DNA of 60,820 bases, filler included, from Squatina squatina (taxonomy: Eukaryota), in assembly GCA_031763465.1 (NCBI GenBank). It is 4 parts of 4 records of this genome, joined end to end, with 100 filler letters (N's around TTAATTAATTAA, not from the genome) between each part and the next. Parts side by side here need not be neighbours in the genome. Positions count along the whole stretch, not along the records: positions 12,607 to 26,060 come from JARFOE010000073.1; positions 26,161 to 46,527 come from JARFOE010000001.1; 2 more parts are not named here. One strand, given 5' to 3'. Both the position numbers and the translations under genes were made by a program. Below, piece after piece: positions 22,741 through 36,071 of this stretch; position 1 is the first letter of the stretch, and every line of letters starts with the position of its first letter. The notes below the pieces were generated by a model. The model did no database searches. It was given only the letters and a program-made list of their open reading frames with translations, and was not told the origin of the DNA.

Positions 22741-24276
22741 ATAGATTCTGATGCTATCAAATGCAATGCTTACCTGGTATGTGGGGAAGGCGAAGTAATA
22801 TAAAATGATTCAGATGCTAATGAATGGGAGGACATAGTTAGCAAAAGAATAGATCAAGAAACATGCTATTTAGTGCTGAACATTAGTATGTTAAGTGAGT
22901 GGTGCCAGGACTGAATGTAACAATGTGATCTCTGCATGATTGCACATAAAGATGGTCTGTTTTTAACTTTGATTTTGTGCTCCAGAAAAATAACAGTTCA
23001 TTCAGTGTAAAGGCTACAGTTTTATATTTTCTCAGTGAAACATCTGTGTTCTTTCCTGGTCCTCTATCTCAGCACAGCTAAATGACTGAGTAATGGGCCA
23101 TAAATGAAGATCTTATTAGCTTAATCAGAGATGNNNNNNNNNNNNNNNNNNNNNNNNNNNNNNNNNNNNNNNNNNNNNNNNNNNNNNNNNNNNNNNNNNN
23201 NTCAGAAATGATGCCCATTTTAATTCATCAGACTCTTGACAGTCACTCCCCACAGACTGTTTGAAAGATCCACCAGCACTGCACCCAGGGTAAGCCCAAA
23301 CAGAATATTCAAGTACTTTAATTGGTATGTCTTGCATGCCTTTTATTATCAGCTAATTAACTGGTAGCACCAGTAACCACAGCAGTATGAAGACTATCTC
23401 ATTACCATGGCAAATTTAATTAAGGATGTCTTTTACAACTCAAATGTACTTTTTAAATAATATCTTTTACTTCTTGCATATTAAAATGAATCCGGACCCG
23501 ACTTTTAATTATGACTGTAAAAGTTCTCAGAGAGGCCAATATCCATACTTAATGAGCTATGGAGGTCCAAGGTATAATAGTGGGGTTGTAGAGTGTGCCA
23601 CTTTACTGAGGCGGTGAAGAACACTATTTCTCAGCCTTTGAACCTCTGCTGTTAAAAACTTCCCAAACCATCAACCTTTCCGATTTCCGTTCTGCCAATT
23701 AGTGTCAAATGGGAGAACAGTATTATGAAAAGGATGTGTGTCTACTGGGAACTGTAGTGATTTCCCCAGACTGAATTCATTTGTAACCTATAACAACTCA
23801 CAAAGGAAGAGGAGTTCCATCTCCATCTGTCCTGATTGCAATCCAACTAAGGCCCTTGCCATGAAAGAACATTTCAGACGGGATCTGATTTCATATTCTG
23901 TGGTATCTAAGTCAAAATAGCTGCACTTATGGTCCTTAACTTAATTAAAATTCTGCAATTTCATTTATACTTTACTCTTGCATTCCATAGTATAACTAAC
24001 ACGAACCGTTTGGGCTGATCAGTCAGCTTCCCTATTGTAAATTTCTCTGTAGGAGCCTGAAAAATATCAGTGGCAATGTAGGGTGGCAATAAGAATAATG
24101 AAGGGTTTATCATTAACTTTTTCTCATGGCAGAAGGTAGATTAGAAATATCTTATAGCTAATCATTTTGTGAAGGAGGATTTGCCTCATTTCAATTGTTC
24201 TTCATCTGTCAATGTTCGTAGCATCTACTGTAGAATGGATGCAATGGGCATTGTGCAATTTTCACCTCCAAAAAAA

Positions 24277-24658
24277 GGACTTGAATTTATATAGCGCCTT
24301 AGCCTCCGGACAGGTTATATATAACCTCAGGACATCCCAAAGTGATTTACAGTCAATGTAGTACTTTCGAAGCCTAGTCACTGTTGTAATGAAGGAAACA
24401 CCACAGACAATTACTGCACAGCAAGCTCCCACAAACAGCAATGTGATAATGATCAGCTTACCTGTTTTTTTTTATGTTGACTGAGGGATAAATGTTGGCC
24501 AGGACGCCAGGGATAACTCCCCGGCTCTTCTTCGAAAATAGTGCCTTGGGACCTTTTACTTCCACCTGAGAGAGCAGACATGAGCTTAACATCTTATCAG
24601 AAAGATGGTACCTCCAACAGTACTGTACTGGAGTATCAGCCTAGATTTTTATGCTTAA
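24277..24658 (-). mobile_element. DeuSINE copy
   Basis: Aligns by eye with 525-973. Confidence 0.85.
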
Positions 24659-24758
24659 NNNNNNNNNNNNNNNNNNNNNNNNNNNNNNNNNNNNNNNNNN
24701 NNNNNNNNNNNNNNNNNNNNNNNNNNNNNNNNNNNNNNNNNNNNNNNNNNNNNNNNNN

Positions 24759-25060
24759 TTGACAGCGAGCCGTATGAGGAGAAATTAGGGCAGGTGACCA
24801 AAAGCTTGGTCCAAGAGACATGTTTTAAGCAATGTCTTGAAGGAGGAAAGAGAGGTAAAGAGGACAAGAGATTTAGGGAGGGAATTCCAGAGCTTAGGAC
24901 CCAGGCAACAGAAGGCACCACCAACAATGGTTGAGCGATTACTATTAGGGATGCTCAAGAGGGCAAAATTAGAGGAGCGTAGACATCTCGGGGGGTTGTA
25001 GGGCTGGAGGGGATTTCAGAGATAGGAAGGGGTGAGGCCATGGAGGGATTTGAAGATGAA
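24759..25060 (-). mobile_element. L2 LINE 3' fragment
   Basis: aggagaaattagggcaggtgaccaaaagcttggtc...gggagggaattccagagcttagg. Confidence 0.8.
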
Positions 25061-25220
25061 AAGGAAGATGTGTGGTTGGAGGAGCAAGAAGAGGATACTG
25101 AGGGTGATCAGGAAGAGCAAGATCCAGTTACTCTGCAAACTACAAGAGCTCTTTAACAGGATATGATGATAGGGTTAGATGAAGTGGGGTGGAAAGGGGC
25201 TCCTGTTATCAAGTACTCAC

Positions 25221-25433
25221 CAAACAAGCTCTGCAGAAAAATTATTTCTACTGTTCACACTGAAGTAAACCCCTAGTTCTTGTCTTAAGTGCTCTTCCAC
25301 CTGCCTTACAATGTGATCCCCACGTGGCTTCAGCCTGGAAGCAGAGTCCTCTGTGCTCCCCAACATTTTGCATTGTCTCTTTGACAGGCGGTCCACTGCA
25401 CCTGACAATTTCTGGTATAAAGCTAGCACGCGT
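25221..25433 (-). other. Candidate spliced exon (213 bp, phase 2-2), product unknown
   Basis: Branch-like CTGAC, acceptor tttgatttcacctcaaaag|, strong donor TG|GTGAGT and an open frame of 70 codons. Confidence 0.3.
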
Positions 25434-25912
25434 CTTTTGAGGTGAAATCAAATAGTCAGTTCTCATGACACAGTTGATTCACTACCTTGAGGAGAACATT
25501 TTCAATGGCATCTTGTTTGGCTTAATTGGAAGCTTCTAATTATTCCAAATATTGTGCATGAAAATCCTTTGCTTTAAGCACATAATCTTATAATCCTTCA
25601 CGTGTGGGTTTGCTTTAAATAAACACATGAAATAAGATTATATATTTAATAGAAACCTGAATAGAATTTAAAAAAACAAATGCATATTTTAACCACAAGT
25701 TGTCACAGCACTTAGAATCTAGCTTATTATAAGCATATTCAATTGTTGTTTCACTTTGAGCAGCATTAGATGCAATTAACCTTCTGAAGAATTTCAGCTC
25801 TCCATGGTTTGTTGGCAGTGTTATCGGTGACCCTTAATGCAACAGCAGTTCAATAGAAGAACACTACCCCTCTCTCCCAGCACTGTGAAACTACATTGGC
25901 TATTCATCACAA

Positions 25913-25976
25913 TATATATATTTATATCTTTCTCTCTCTCTATCTATATCTATCTATATATCTATATGTATATATC
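25913..25976. repeat. Compound (TA)/(TC)/(TATC) microsatellite
   Basis: Direct inspection. Confidence 0.85.
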
Positions 25977-26060
25977 AAAGACATGATCACTGTACAACAG
26001 ACACCACAAAGCCTCCGCAAAATCGTGCAAATCAACTGGCAGAATAAATGCACCAATGTC

Positions 26061-26160
26061 NNNNNNNNNNNNNNNNNNNNNNNNNNNNNNNNNNNNNNNN
26101 NNNNTTAATTAATTAANNNNNNNNNNNNNNNNNNNNNNNNNNNNNNNNNNNNNNNNNNNN
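26061..26160. other. Artificial scaffold linker
   Basis: 44 N + TTAATTAATTAA + 44 N. Confidence 0.95.
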
Positions 26161-26795
26161 AGTGGTCTGGCCTCTGCCAGCACTGGTTGAGCTGGATCTG
26201 GCAAGTCAAGGGGTTCTTGGGCATGGTCATGATGGGGAGCTGGTGCTGCCTCCTCTCTAGCCTCATTTTGCAGTGCCCTCATCTCTCTCTGCTCCAAAAA
26301 GAGCCGACGTCTCTGCCTGAGGTACCTCATGTGGTGTTGGTGGAGTTCCTAAGCAGCACCCATGGCCGATTTGGAATGATCTGGTGAGCACTGAAATGCT
26401 CATCCAAAGACAAAGTTTTGTGTAGGAAATGCACCTCCTGACTCCCAGACAATGCCTCCAGTCCAATTGAACCATCAGCAATGCGATTTATACAAGCAAC
26501 ATGGTGCACCCACCTACCCCTTTAAATAGCACCAGAAATCAATGGAGGGAGTGTGTCACCGCTATTATTAGAGGTTTCTAGCGCTACTGAATTGCTTGTG
26601 GGACATTGCACCTCTTGATGACATCATGGAGGCCATCCAATGCCCAACGGCAAGTTTGTAGCAATCCTGGAACAGTGCCCATTTGGCGCTGATGCTGCTC
26701 CGCTGCGAACCCCTTGGAGCCCGAAACAGGCGTTAAACCCCTGGCGGCCATTTAGCGCTCATTCTGTGCCTGCGCTAAATGACCAATTGGGCGCC
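26161..26795 (-). mobile_element. Harbinger-like element end with a degenerate N-terminal ORF
   Basis: TIR-like ccaattgggcgcc, a TATTTAAAGGGG motif (~26517-26528) and the charged peptide MRYLRQRRRLFLEQREMRALQNEAREEAAP. Confidence 0.5.
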
Positions 26796-27430
26796 GGCTG
26801 TTATTTCCCCAGCCATTTGTGCATTATTTTGTGTATTACTTTTCGCTCAAGGAAACCATGAAAAATGGGCTTGTATTGAGTAAAATGCACAGAGTAAACA
26901 GTACTATGGTGTTGAATAAAATTCAGGCGCTGGTGGCAAAACTGTATTTAACTCTTTTGTAAGTAATGCATCCCAGCTGTATAATGTAACAAGTGGACTT
27001 TATTTTAGACACATCTTTCCACACATCTCATACAGTAGCTGCTTTTAAGATCTGAGTTTGACTGATCACTAGTCAGCTTGGTAACTTGAACAAATATGCT
27101 TCAGGATGGTATCTGAATTAGCTATGTTACTGAAAAAAATAGCATTATTTTCCCATTTGAAACTTTCTGAGGACTGCAAAATCTTTTTTTAAGGCAGGTA
27201 TTGTTTCCTGCCAAAGAGACTTTCCTGTCGCTTTAAAGAAGAAATGATGTTTTGCCAAGTTTTTTTGCCAATTCCTAGCTAAGGAAACAAGCTGCGGAAA
27301 AGTGAAGCAGGCAGCTATTTGTAAGGTTTTCCCCACTCTCAGTTATCCAAGAGGCACTATTTTCATTATACAAGGTCCGATTTGGAAAAAATTAAATCTT
27401 CCGAATTCCAAAACTGGGGTCTGAAGAATT

Positions 27431-27471
27431 AGAAACATAGAAACATAGAAACATAGAAAATAGGTGCAGGA
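27431..27471 (-). mobile_element. CR1 terminal (AGAAACAT)n microsatellite tail
   Basis: agaaacatagaaacatagaaacatagaaaataggtgcagg next to a gap, the same tail type as at 49922. Confidence 0.75.
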
Positions 27472-28677
27472 NNNNNNNNNNNNNNNNNNNNNNNNNNNNN
27501 NNNNNNNNNNNNNNNNNNNNNNNNNNNNNNNNNNNNNNNNNNNNNNNNNNNNNNNNNNNNNNNNNNNNNNNCCTCTGTGGCGTTCCATGCTCTCTACCTC
27601 TGATTGGGGTCCATCTCCAGTGCAGTGGAACTCGAGGGTTCTCCGCAGTACCAGCAGCAGAAGATCGGTAGTAGAAACCACAGATGGACCCATAAATGTC
27701 GATCTTGTGCCAAACTTATGGTGGCCAGATTGGGTAAACCCTTGGAGAAATTCATGGCCAAATAATAAACAGAACAGCACGAACAAAAGACCACTGTCAG
27801 AAAGAAAAATAGGTTGTAGCACCAAATGCCGATAAACAATATGAAAACTTGCAGTGACAAAGTTTCAGGCCCAAGCAGACCTTAGTTATGCCAAATGACG
27901 GATTGAANNNNNNNNNNTATATTCAGTTGTATAAACTGCTGTTTCACATTACTAAATTAATGCTTACAATGTGCTTGCAATTTGTTTCAGGTCTGCTGTA
28001 GCATCACCATGCCAGAATTATGTCTTTGTGTTGGTGAGAAAATAGCTTCTTATCCAGGATAGTGTAAGAGACCATTTTATTTGTAGTTCTAGAGTGGCTG
28101 TAAATAAATAAACAGGTGGCAATGGAACAATGATTTTTGTTCCAAGAGCTACTTGAATTTGTTAGAACAAAACAAATTCTAAACATGCTGGCACTGCCAA
28201 ACCAGATCAAGCTGCCAAATGGCTGGTAAAGGAGTCAAGGCTCTAAATGTAATTATAATTGTGATGGTGGCACCAGGTGCTGCTGCACTGATATTTTCCT
28301 TGCTCGCTCCATAGCAACTGCAGCATTATTCAAACATCGCAAGCTATCAGCATTAGAAATGGACAATATAATGTTTTGGTTGAATACCACACACCCGCGT
28401 GTTGCCACAGAGCAGCAATAAAAAGCAGACTTTCGTCTTTAGTAGGGAATGTGTTAATGCTGTCACTGAGAGCAAAGTAGTGGCGAAAAATGATTCATTT
28501 TCCAGTAAATCTTACAACATGTTTTGTCTTTAAAGAACAACTGTCTTCTGTGCTATGGGGCCATAATAGAATAAACANNNNNNNNNNNNNNNNNNNNNNN
28601 NNNNNNNNNNNNNNNNNNNNNNNNNNNNNNNNNNNNNNNNNNNNNNNNNNNNNNNNNNNNNNNNNNNNNNNNNNNNN

Positions 28678-28982
28678 GCCGGTGTTAAGAAAATAGAGCT
28701 GAACAAGAAAGAGGCCGAGATGCAAGATGTTAGCCATCGTGGGAAGCATAAAACCCACCCTCAAAATCCGCGTAAGGTCATTAAACTTCTTGCAACACTG
28801 GTCCGCCGACCTTAGGGTCACATCCGCTGCCACCACATCTCGCGCCACTTCGGCCCAGGCTCCTCTGATCATGCGTGCTGATCCCCTTCTTCCAGCTACC
28901 GGGAAAATGATGTGGGCCCTCCTCTCCACGGCATGGATGAAAGTCTCCAGGGCTCCCTCACTAAATCTAAAATTCGGCACCC
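28678..28982 (-). mobile_element. Internally deleted Harbinger element: TIR joined to a Myb/SANT-like exon
   Basis: RFSEGALETFIHAVERRAHIIFP...AWAEVARDVVAADVTLRSADQCCKKFNDLTR with donor AGG|gtgggt and terminus GGGTGCCGAATTTT. Confidence 0.8.
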
Positions 28983-31807
28983 ATACTTTGTTACCACTGC
29001 GGTTTGGAACAGACCTGCCCCTATCTAGCTGACCCAAATGCTACCTCTGCCAGGAGGAAATGATAATACTTTCTCCAAGGATTATACCCTCCTCTCCTTT
29101 CCTCCACAATAAGGTCTTCTGAGTAATAGAGAAAATAAATGCCATTTATGTTTGTTGTTCTCGCCAGTTAATATGTAACTTTTTTGAGCACATGTCCTTT
29201 GGACAAGACCAGACTAAACATTTAGCTAATCTGTATGAATTACCAAATCAACAGAATTAATTATTTATTTTATCTTCTAGCCATTGAAATGCAAGGATCA
29301 AATACAGGCAGCCTCTTGTTACAGACAATCTAAGTGCTGCACACTTATATACCCCAGTAAAAAGTGCCAGACTTTGAACCCTGCTATTTCAGTAATTAAG
29401 GATATAACAATAGCAGTTCTCTTGTAATTGGTTCACATCTTTGAATGTCCTCTTTTCCATATCTTTACCCCTTCCTCTTCCATTTGCCTTCAATTTTCCT
29501 CTTCTCTCACTCTGTACCTCTGATATTCTTCATATTTCTGATTCTTTTTCAAGATTCTGATCGCCATTATCCCTCCAAATTCACCTCCCTTCAGTAAAAT
29601 ATGGATATTTATGAATTGGCTCAAAATAGACTCATTAAAGTCAGCCCGACTGAATAACATGACTTTTCTCAAATATCCAAAAAAAACATCAAGCAGCGCA
29701 TTTTATAAAAGGTAAAAGTGAATCTTTCCTGCAATCTCCCATTTTATGAAACCCCACTTGTTGATTAATTCTGCAGGTAGCTGAGCTGGGCCTGAAATCA
29801 CCAGCTTGTGAAGTCTTCAGNNNNNNNNNNNNNNNNNNNNNNNNNNNNNNNNNNNNNNNNNNNNNNNNNNNNNNNNNNNNNNNNNNNNNNNNNNNNNNNN
29901 NNNNNNNNNNNNNNNNNNNNGCAGAAAGTTATCGCGGGGTGAAGGCTATGCTTGAGTTCAGTTTAATGTCCTCCCGTGGTTAAATAGTTACTGTCCAGGC
30001 TCATAAATTAAGAATGGGCACATGAGCAAGGTACCAGAGAACATCTGTCCCTTCTTAGGGAGGGGAAGACAATTGGTGAGAATTGTTTCAAAGTTTCAAT
30101 AATTTAATCATAAACAAATTGTTGTCCAAGCTTCTAGAATCATGTACAAGTGTGAACGAAGAAGTCAGTTTTTAACAGTGCATATTTGTCACCACTAGGG
30201 GACTGCCGCTGCTTTTCTTGCATGCAGTGCAATGTTTTGTCAACTTGGACTCTGTTGCTGTTCTGTAACATTGTTCACAGATCTGAAGTGGGAAAAAAAA
30301 TATTGCTTTTGTTATTTGTGAATCAGAACTTTGTGGAAAATTTCATGGAACGCAGCCAAACAAAGTGATGATATTATAATGTGTCTGTTGGGGTGCACTG
30401 GTTGTCCGAAGGAGAAGCAATGACATCCCACTGACAGGGGAACTGCGTTGTTATAATGCAGCAGCAGAATGTTCTGAACACTGAGAGAGGACAATGGTGG
30501 GAATGGAACATTGTAACCTATATTGGACATTGAGCACCACATTCTCACTTTATAAACATTGCATAGCTGTAAAGAACAACTGGGACGTGAATGCAGCAAT
30601 AGGTACTTGCGCACAAATTACTTGGCTGACAGCCCTTTTGGAACAGCAGCCGTGTTCCTTTGTGGTTGCATTTATTAATTCCTCAAAACGCTATTGCTTT
30701 TCTCATGGTGAAGGAAATGAAAACACCTGCTGCAAGATTTACCCTTGGCAAAAATTAAATTAAATTATTATTGTTCCATGAACTTCAGTGGAAATACTCT
30801 ATCAATCCAATCGTGAGACATACAAATATTGTTTTTAACCCCTTTGATTGACTGGAGAAGAATTTAATTAACCCAGTGGCAAAAATGTATCTCAATTAAT
30901 AGAAGCTAATTAAGAGAAGACGGCATTGGAGACAAACTACCATAATCTGGACTTATTAAAACATACCGCAAGCTTTGCAGTTGTGCAGTCTTTGACATTA
31001 TCTTCAACCTCTTCATATTTGCATCGCTGTGAAGCTTGTTCTTTGGTGAAAACACATCATCACGTCCAAACTTGCTCTTTCTTATTATAATGTGTGAGGG
31101 AATGGAATGACTCATTTTCATATTAATTGCTTCAGTTAACTGAGATAAAGCTGATGCTGAAATGAGCAATAGTGTAAATCACTGAAATGTTGTTGCGTTT
31201 AGCTAAACAAATTTCTCAGGGGCCACACAAAAAAAACTGCTTTAATTTGACTTTATATAATTGCTTATCATTAAGACCAGCAGCTCTGTGAAGTACCTTT
31301 ATTTGTTGAAGTCTGCTTTGAGCCTTGCTTCCGATTTTGATTGAAAATTAGTGAGCATCATATCAGGGAAAGCACACTGCTCTCCCACCAGGCAACCTGG
31401 CCTGTAGATACTCACGAGAACCTCAGTGTAAGAAGGTTGATGTGCATCTTGAATATCAAATATAGAAAAGTAATTAAAGTTGCTGCTATACCCTATGACG
31501 CCCAAGAATTATTAAACAAGGCAAAGTCTAGCAAAACTCGAATAGCTTTTATTAACAGTACCTTATAGGAAAGTCCTTTGTCTGAAATTTCTCTTCCATT
31601 TCAAAACTATTAGAATCATCTCTATTGCCCTTTTTAAACGATTTCTTCAGCACTTGCTCGGAATACTAACTTAAGTTCTTGACTGCGACCCTCAGAACAT
31701 GGAATCTCTGAAATACTTTTTCAGGTTATACAATCGGTTTTATCTTCACTGAAAGTCCTCCAGGATACCTAGCAGGGGGGAAATGGTTAAAGAAAGGAAG
31801 CGATTAA

Positions 31808-31925
31808 GGGGCCCAAATTGGGTTGCGCCGCGCTGGCAACTTAAGGTGCCGAATAGGGGTCGCATTATGTGCCCGATCTGTGCCGCTGAATTACGTCAGA
31901 ATATTCGTCTCTTTAAATATTTTTT
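31808..31925. mobile_element. Harbinger-like element end
   Basis: taa|ggggcccaaattggg terminus, CpG-rich. Confidence 0.5.
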
Positions 31926-31959
31926 TTAGACAGGGTCTAAATGCAGATCAAAATCAGCA

Positions 31960-32112
31960 TAATAGGGTCCAGGTGTGGCGTTGAGTGGGCGAGATACCAA
32001 TCCCTTGAACTCCTGGAGCACCACCGATCTCCTCCACCTGGGAGTCCACCTCAGCCCTGCCGAGGAAGCCTGGCCGGCGAACTGGCAAGAGCTGGAGGCC
32101 AAAGTCGCCGCT
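31960..32112 (+). mobile_element. L1/Tx1-clade non-LTR RT fragment
   Basis: WSTTDLLHLGVHLSPAEEAWPANWQELEAKV resembles the YLG..NW RT thumb of Tx1 elements. Confidence 0.65.
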
Positions 32113-34849
32113 NNNNNNNNNNNNNNNNNNNNNNNNNNNNNNNNNNNNNNNNNNNNNNNNNNNNNNNNNNNNNNNNNNNNNNNNNNNNNNNNNNNNNNNN
32201 NNNNNNNNNNNNCTCCGTAACAATCAAAGTACTTCAAAATTCAAGGAATTGAGCATATTTCATTAAAAAGGGATAACCAATCCATCATTTGGATTTTTTC
32301 TCATAAAATTCATCCATAAAGTGCATCTACCTAAAATTGAATGTAATAATTAATAATACAAGCAATGTTTCCAATTCTTTACATGCATTGGAATATAATT
32401 GAATACAAACCTGCATATTATGTCTGTTCAGAATATTTATTTTCAAGACATTCAGTTGATTGTGGTACTGCCAGAGGATCTCTTGTAATGTTGCTCACCA
32501 TGAATCAGAGGCTATGTCATTTCATAAGGACCGATGTATTATATCGTGTTATCTACAATGCATTACTATGCTGCTATGTGAAACCGAACACATTCCTTAA
32601 AGGCCACAAGGTCTAATTGTTGTAAATAGGAACATCCTGAAGTCAATTGGAGTCTAATTGTTCCGTGCACATCTTGAGGTCAATTATTTTCTGTTGCTGT
32701 GCAAGTTCCCTCCGAAATCACTTGGAAATGGTTAGGACATCAATTTGGGAGGTGGATAGCAATATATGTTAGAAATTCATCCCNNNNNNNNNNNNNNNNN
32801 NNNNNNNNNNNNNNNNNNNNNNNNNNNNNNNNNNNNNNNNNNNNNNNNNNNNNNNNNNNNNNNNNNNNNNNNNNNNNNNNNNNGAAGCCAAGGCCTTGAT
32901 TCAAGTCCCCAGTTTGACATCACACTAATACTTTTAAGTTTGACTGACAATGGAAAACTACACTAAATGGACAATGGTGATTCAGTATTTGTCAGTTCAT
33001 GTTATTACTATTCTCAGTAAAGTACACTCTTCCTCAGAGGTTTAGACTCAGCAGTTAGTCATAACCCCTGCTAAATTAAACATCCAGATTAGCCCATTAT
33101 TCGCACGGAGCTATCTTCTGAATTATTTAAGCTGCCAATTTCCACATTATTAGCATGCTTACTTCTCCCACGCCATGAGTCCAATTTGAATGAGATTTGG
33201 AACATCCCACACGATCAATAGAACATGATTCACAAAATGTTTTCACCTTCGAAGTAATATTGATAAGTACGAAAGTGTTTAAATATACAAATATTAAAGA
33301 TATCCTTTGAAGAAAAATATTCCAGAAGTAATTGTGCAGCATCATTGTTTACTGATTTATCTGGGCACATTAGGAAAGAAATGACCTTGCCATGTACTGT
33401 CTGTCACATTTGCCAGGAATACCATTCATTCTTCAGCAAACCTTATGGTAAAATATTGTGTGCCCTCTGTAAATAATTAACTACTGTGGTTTATCAGATT
33501 GTATTTGACAAAGATATTGAAGACCCATGCAACAAATGCGTTAAATGAGCATGTGGATGAATTATGTTTTCTGAAACATTCCACCACTCCTTCTATCAGC
33601 AGCTTCTCATCTACCTGTTCTAGGGCATTGCTTTCTATAGGTTTCCCCTCTATTAGTTTGCTGTTGCAGCCACAGGGAGTTATATCTGTTCTGTTTTAAT
33701 TTTAAGTGTCGACAGAGATGAATGACTCTGATCCAGTCAAACTCTCTGTGATTTCTGATCATTTAAGTTTTAATGTCGAAGCGCCTGTTATGGTGTGTGA
33801 GGGAGCTTCACAAATCCTGACACGTTATAATAGTCCTACCTCTACCTGATATGAAGAAAGGTGACAGTTGGCTGTTAACACATAGGCAAGGGGCCAGTCT
33901 CTAATAGTGGTGCTGGATTCTCCATTATTTAGAACTGGAATACAAGGTCAATGGTTACNNNNNNNNNNNNNNNNNNNNNNNNNNNNNNNNNNNNNNNNNN
34001 NNNNNNNNNNNNNNNNNNNNNNNNNNNNNNNNNNNNNNNNNNNNNNNNNNNNNNNNNNTTCACCCACCAATAAAATCACCCACCTGTTAATTTTAGTGGA
34101 GGTTTTATTTCACAGCTGAATGGCGTGTTGTTACTTCTATGTAGCTCTGTGAAATAACATTTTATTTCTCTTTTTTTCATTTGTAACTTCTTATCACCGC
34201 AGCAGTGGTGATCGTGGACTGATTTGCTACGAGTTCTGGCAAGATTTCATTGGTTACCTCCCGAGTTTAAATTGGAAGTGAATGGAGAAGAATTGCATCG
34301 TTATTCATCTGGTGACACAGCAGGGTTCCAAACAAGGAAACAGAATCAATCAGCTTGTCCCCACGCACAAGCTGCTTGAATAATCCACTATTAACCTTTA
34401 ATGACCTTGTGTAACTTCTCCCTCTATATTGAACAATACTAGGAACAGCATGTTTGTTTACTGGGAGAGATAGCATCACTAAATTGGAAAGTGTGCAAGC
34501 GTGATATTAGTTTTGGACAAATTTGCTGATGTTTTCTCTTTAGAGGTTTGGGCGGCACAGTGCTGCATTTTATCTGTGGTTGTCAGAAATTATATTCCAA
34601 AGATAAAATAGTGTTAACAAACAAGAACACTGTGCATTTTATTAAGAACCTGTGTATAAATTGACTTATAATAAAACTGATTTTTTTCCTTTTCCTGTTC
34701 TGAAGACGCTAAGGGAGAAATTCAATTCACAGCTGTCCATTTTGCGCCTGAAAAATGGACGGCCAGGATTTGTAAATCAGGGGACACCTCGGCCTCCCCA
34801 ATGAAGCCAAGGCCGGCCTAGTGCAATGTCCAGTTTTATTTTATTTTAT

Positions 34850-34940
34850 ATTGATTTCAAATGCAAATACAAATCGAGAGAGATGTAAAACGGGCTGCTG
34901 ACTCGCTATCACCCATTTTACAAAACTCAAGATCCACCCC
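34850..34940 (+). mobile_element. Right half of the MITE family at 14963-15130
   Basis: gagagatgtaaaacgggctgctgactcgctatcacccattttaca...caagatccacccc. Confidence 0.75.
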
Positions 34941-36071
34941 ATGTTTCGGCTCCACCCATCAGCATAAAAATGCTGATTAACTTTTTACGGGCCAATGTTC
35001 CAAATGCATGCTCCTGGTATGCCACAGATATTTGGGAAGCTCACACTGGGAAATGACAGGCCTGCTCTCCATGATTCTCTACCTGTTTATTTTAATGGAT
35101 GGAAGGTCATGGGGTGCATGCTGGCAATTTCCCAGTATGCCAACTGAGTCACATAGCCCCACATAGCTCGCTGACCCCAGGGTATAGTACTACTCCATTA
35201 ATCTTGCATAGACCAAGGTAATATCAATTTTGCAGGTCTGCGGCAAATGAATCCATTGGGTTGGAAAAATTCGGTAACATGTTTTTCTGTGGAGGAAATA
35301 TTTGACAATGACCTTAAGAGCCTTCTCACTTATAGTGCTGTCGATCGTGCCTAACTGTCCAAAGGATACACTGTTATTTGTCTTTTCTCTTCTGGTGATC
35401 TTTTATCAGTCAGCCAACAGGATAAGCTACTTGGAGGCAGTCTGCCAATTTACGACGTTGTTTACCTTTTCTAGTTTCCATTTCCGGGACATTGTGGCAG
35501 TTTTTCAGTCTCAAAAGATGACCTTGTCGAAAACGTGAAGCAAAAAAGTAATGCTTACAAAATATATTTTGACACCTCTAGGATATTTCCATTGAATTCT
35601 GATGCAGTTGCTCTCTTGCCCTCTCTCCCCACCCCCACCCTCACCCCAACCTGTGATCATCAAACCACCTTATTCCTGCAAACTTTATTGCTTTTACAGT
35701 TTTAAAGTGGAAATGGGCCATATTTTTGGACATGTTGTTCCCTTTGGCTAGGCATGTTATTTGCAGTTGCATTTGTGGAGTTTTTAAAAATTCTTTTGTG
35801 AAGTGAATTTGAAAACTTGCTTTGAAATGCAAGTAAAAAATAAATACTGCAGATGCTGGGCATCGGAAGCAAAGACATCAAATGCTGCAATCACCGGGGA
35901 GGGGGGGAAGTGGGGGGGGAGAGAGAGAGCCATTTGAACCTATCATGCCGGGTGGGGAAACCCACGGGATTGGGAGGAACGCCAGTTTTATGCCCTGCCC
36001 AGTATTGTTCCTCAATGAAAGGTAAAATCCAGTTTCCCGATGGGTGGATTCAGTTAAAATTGTCCCCAGTA

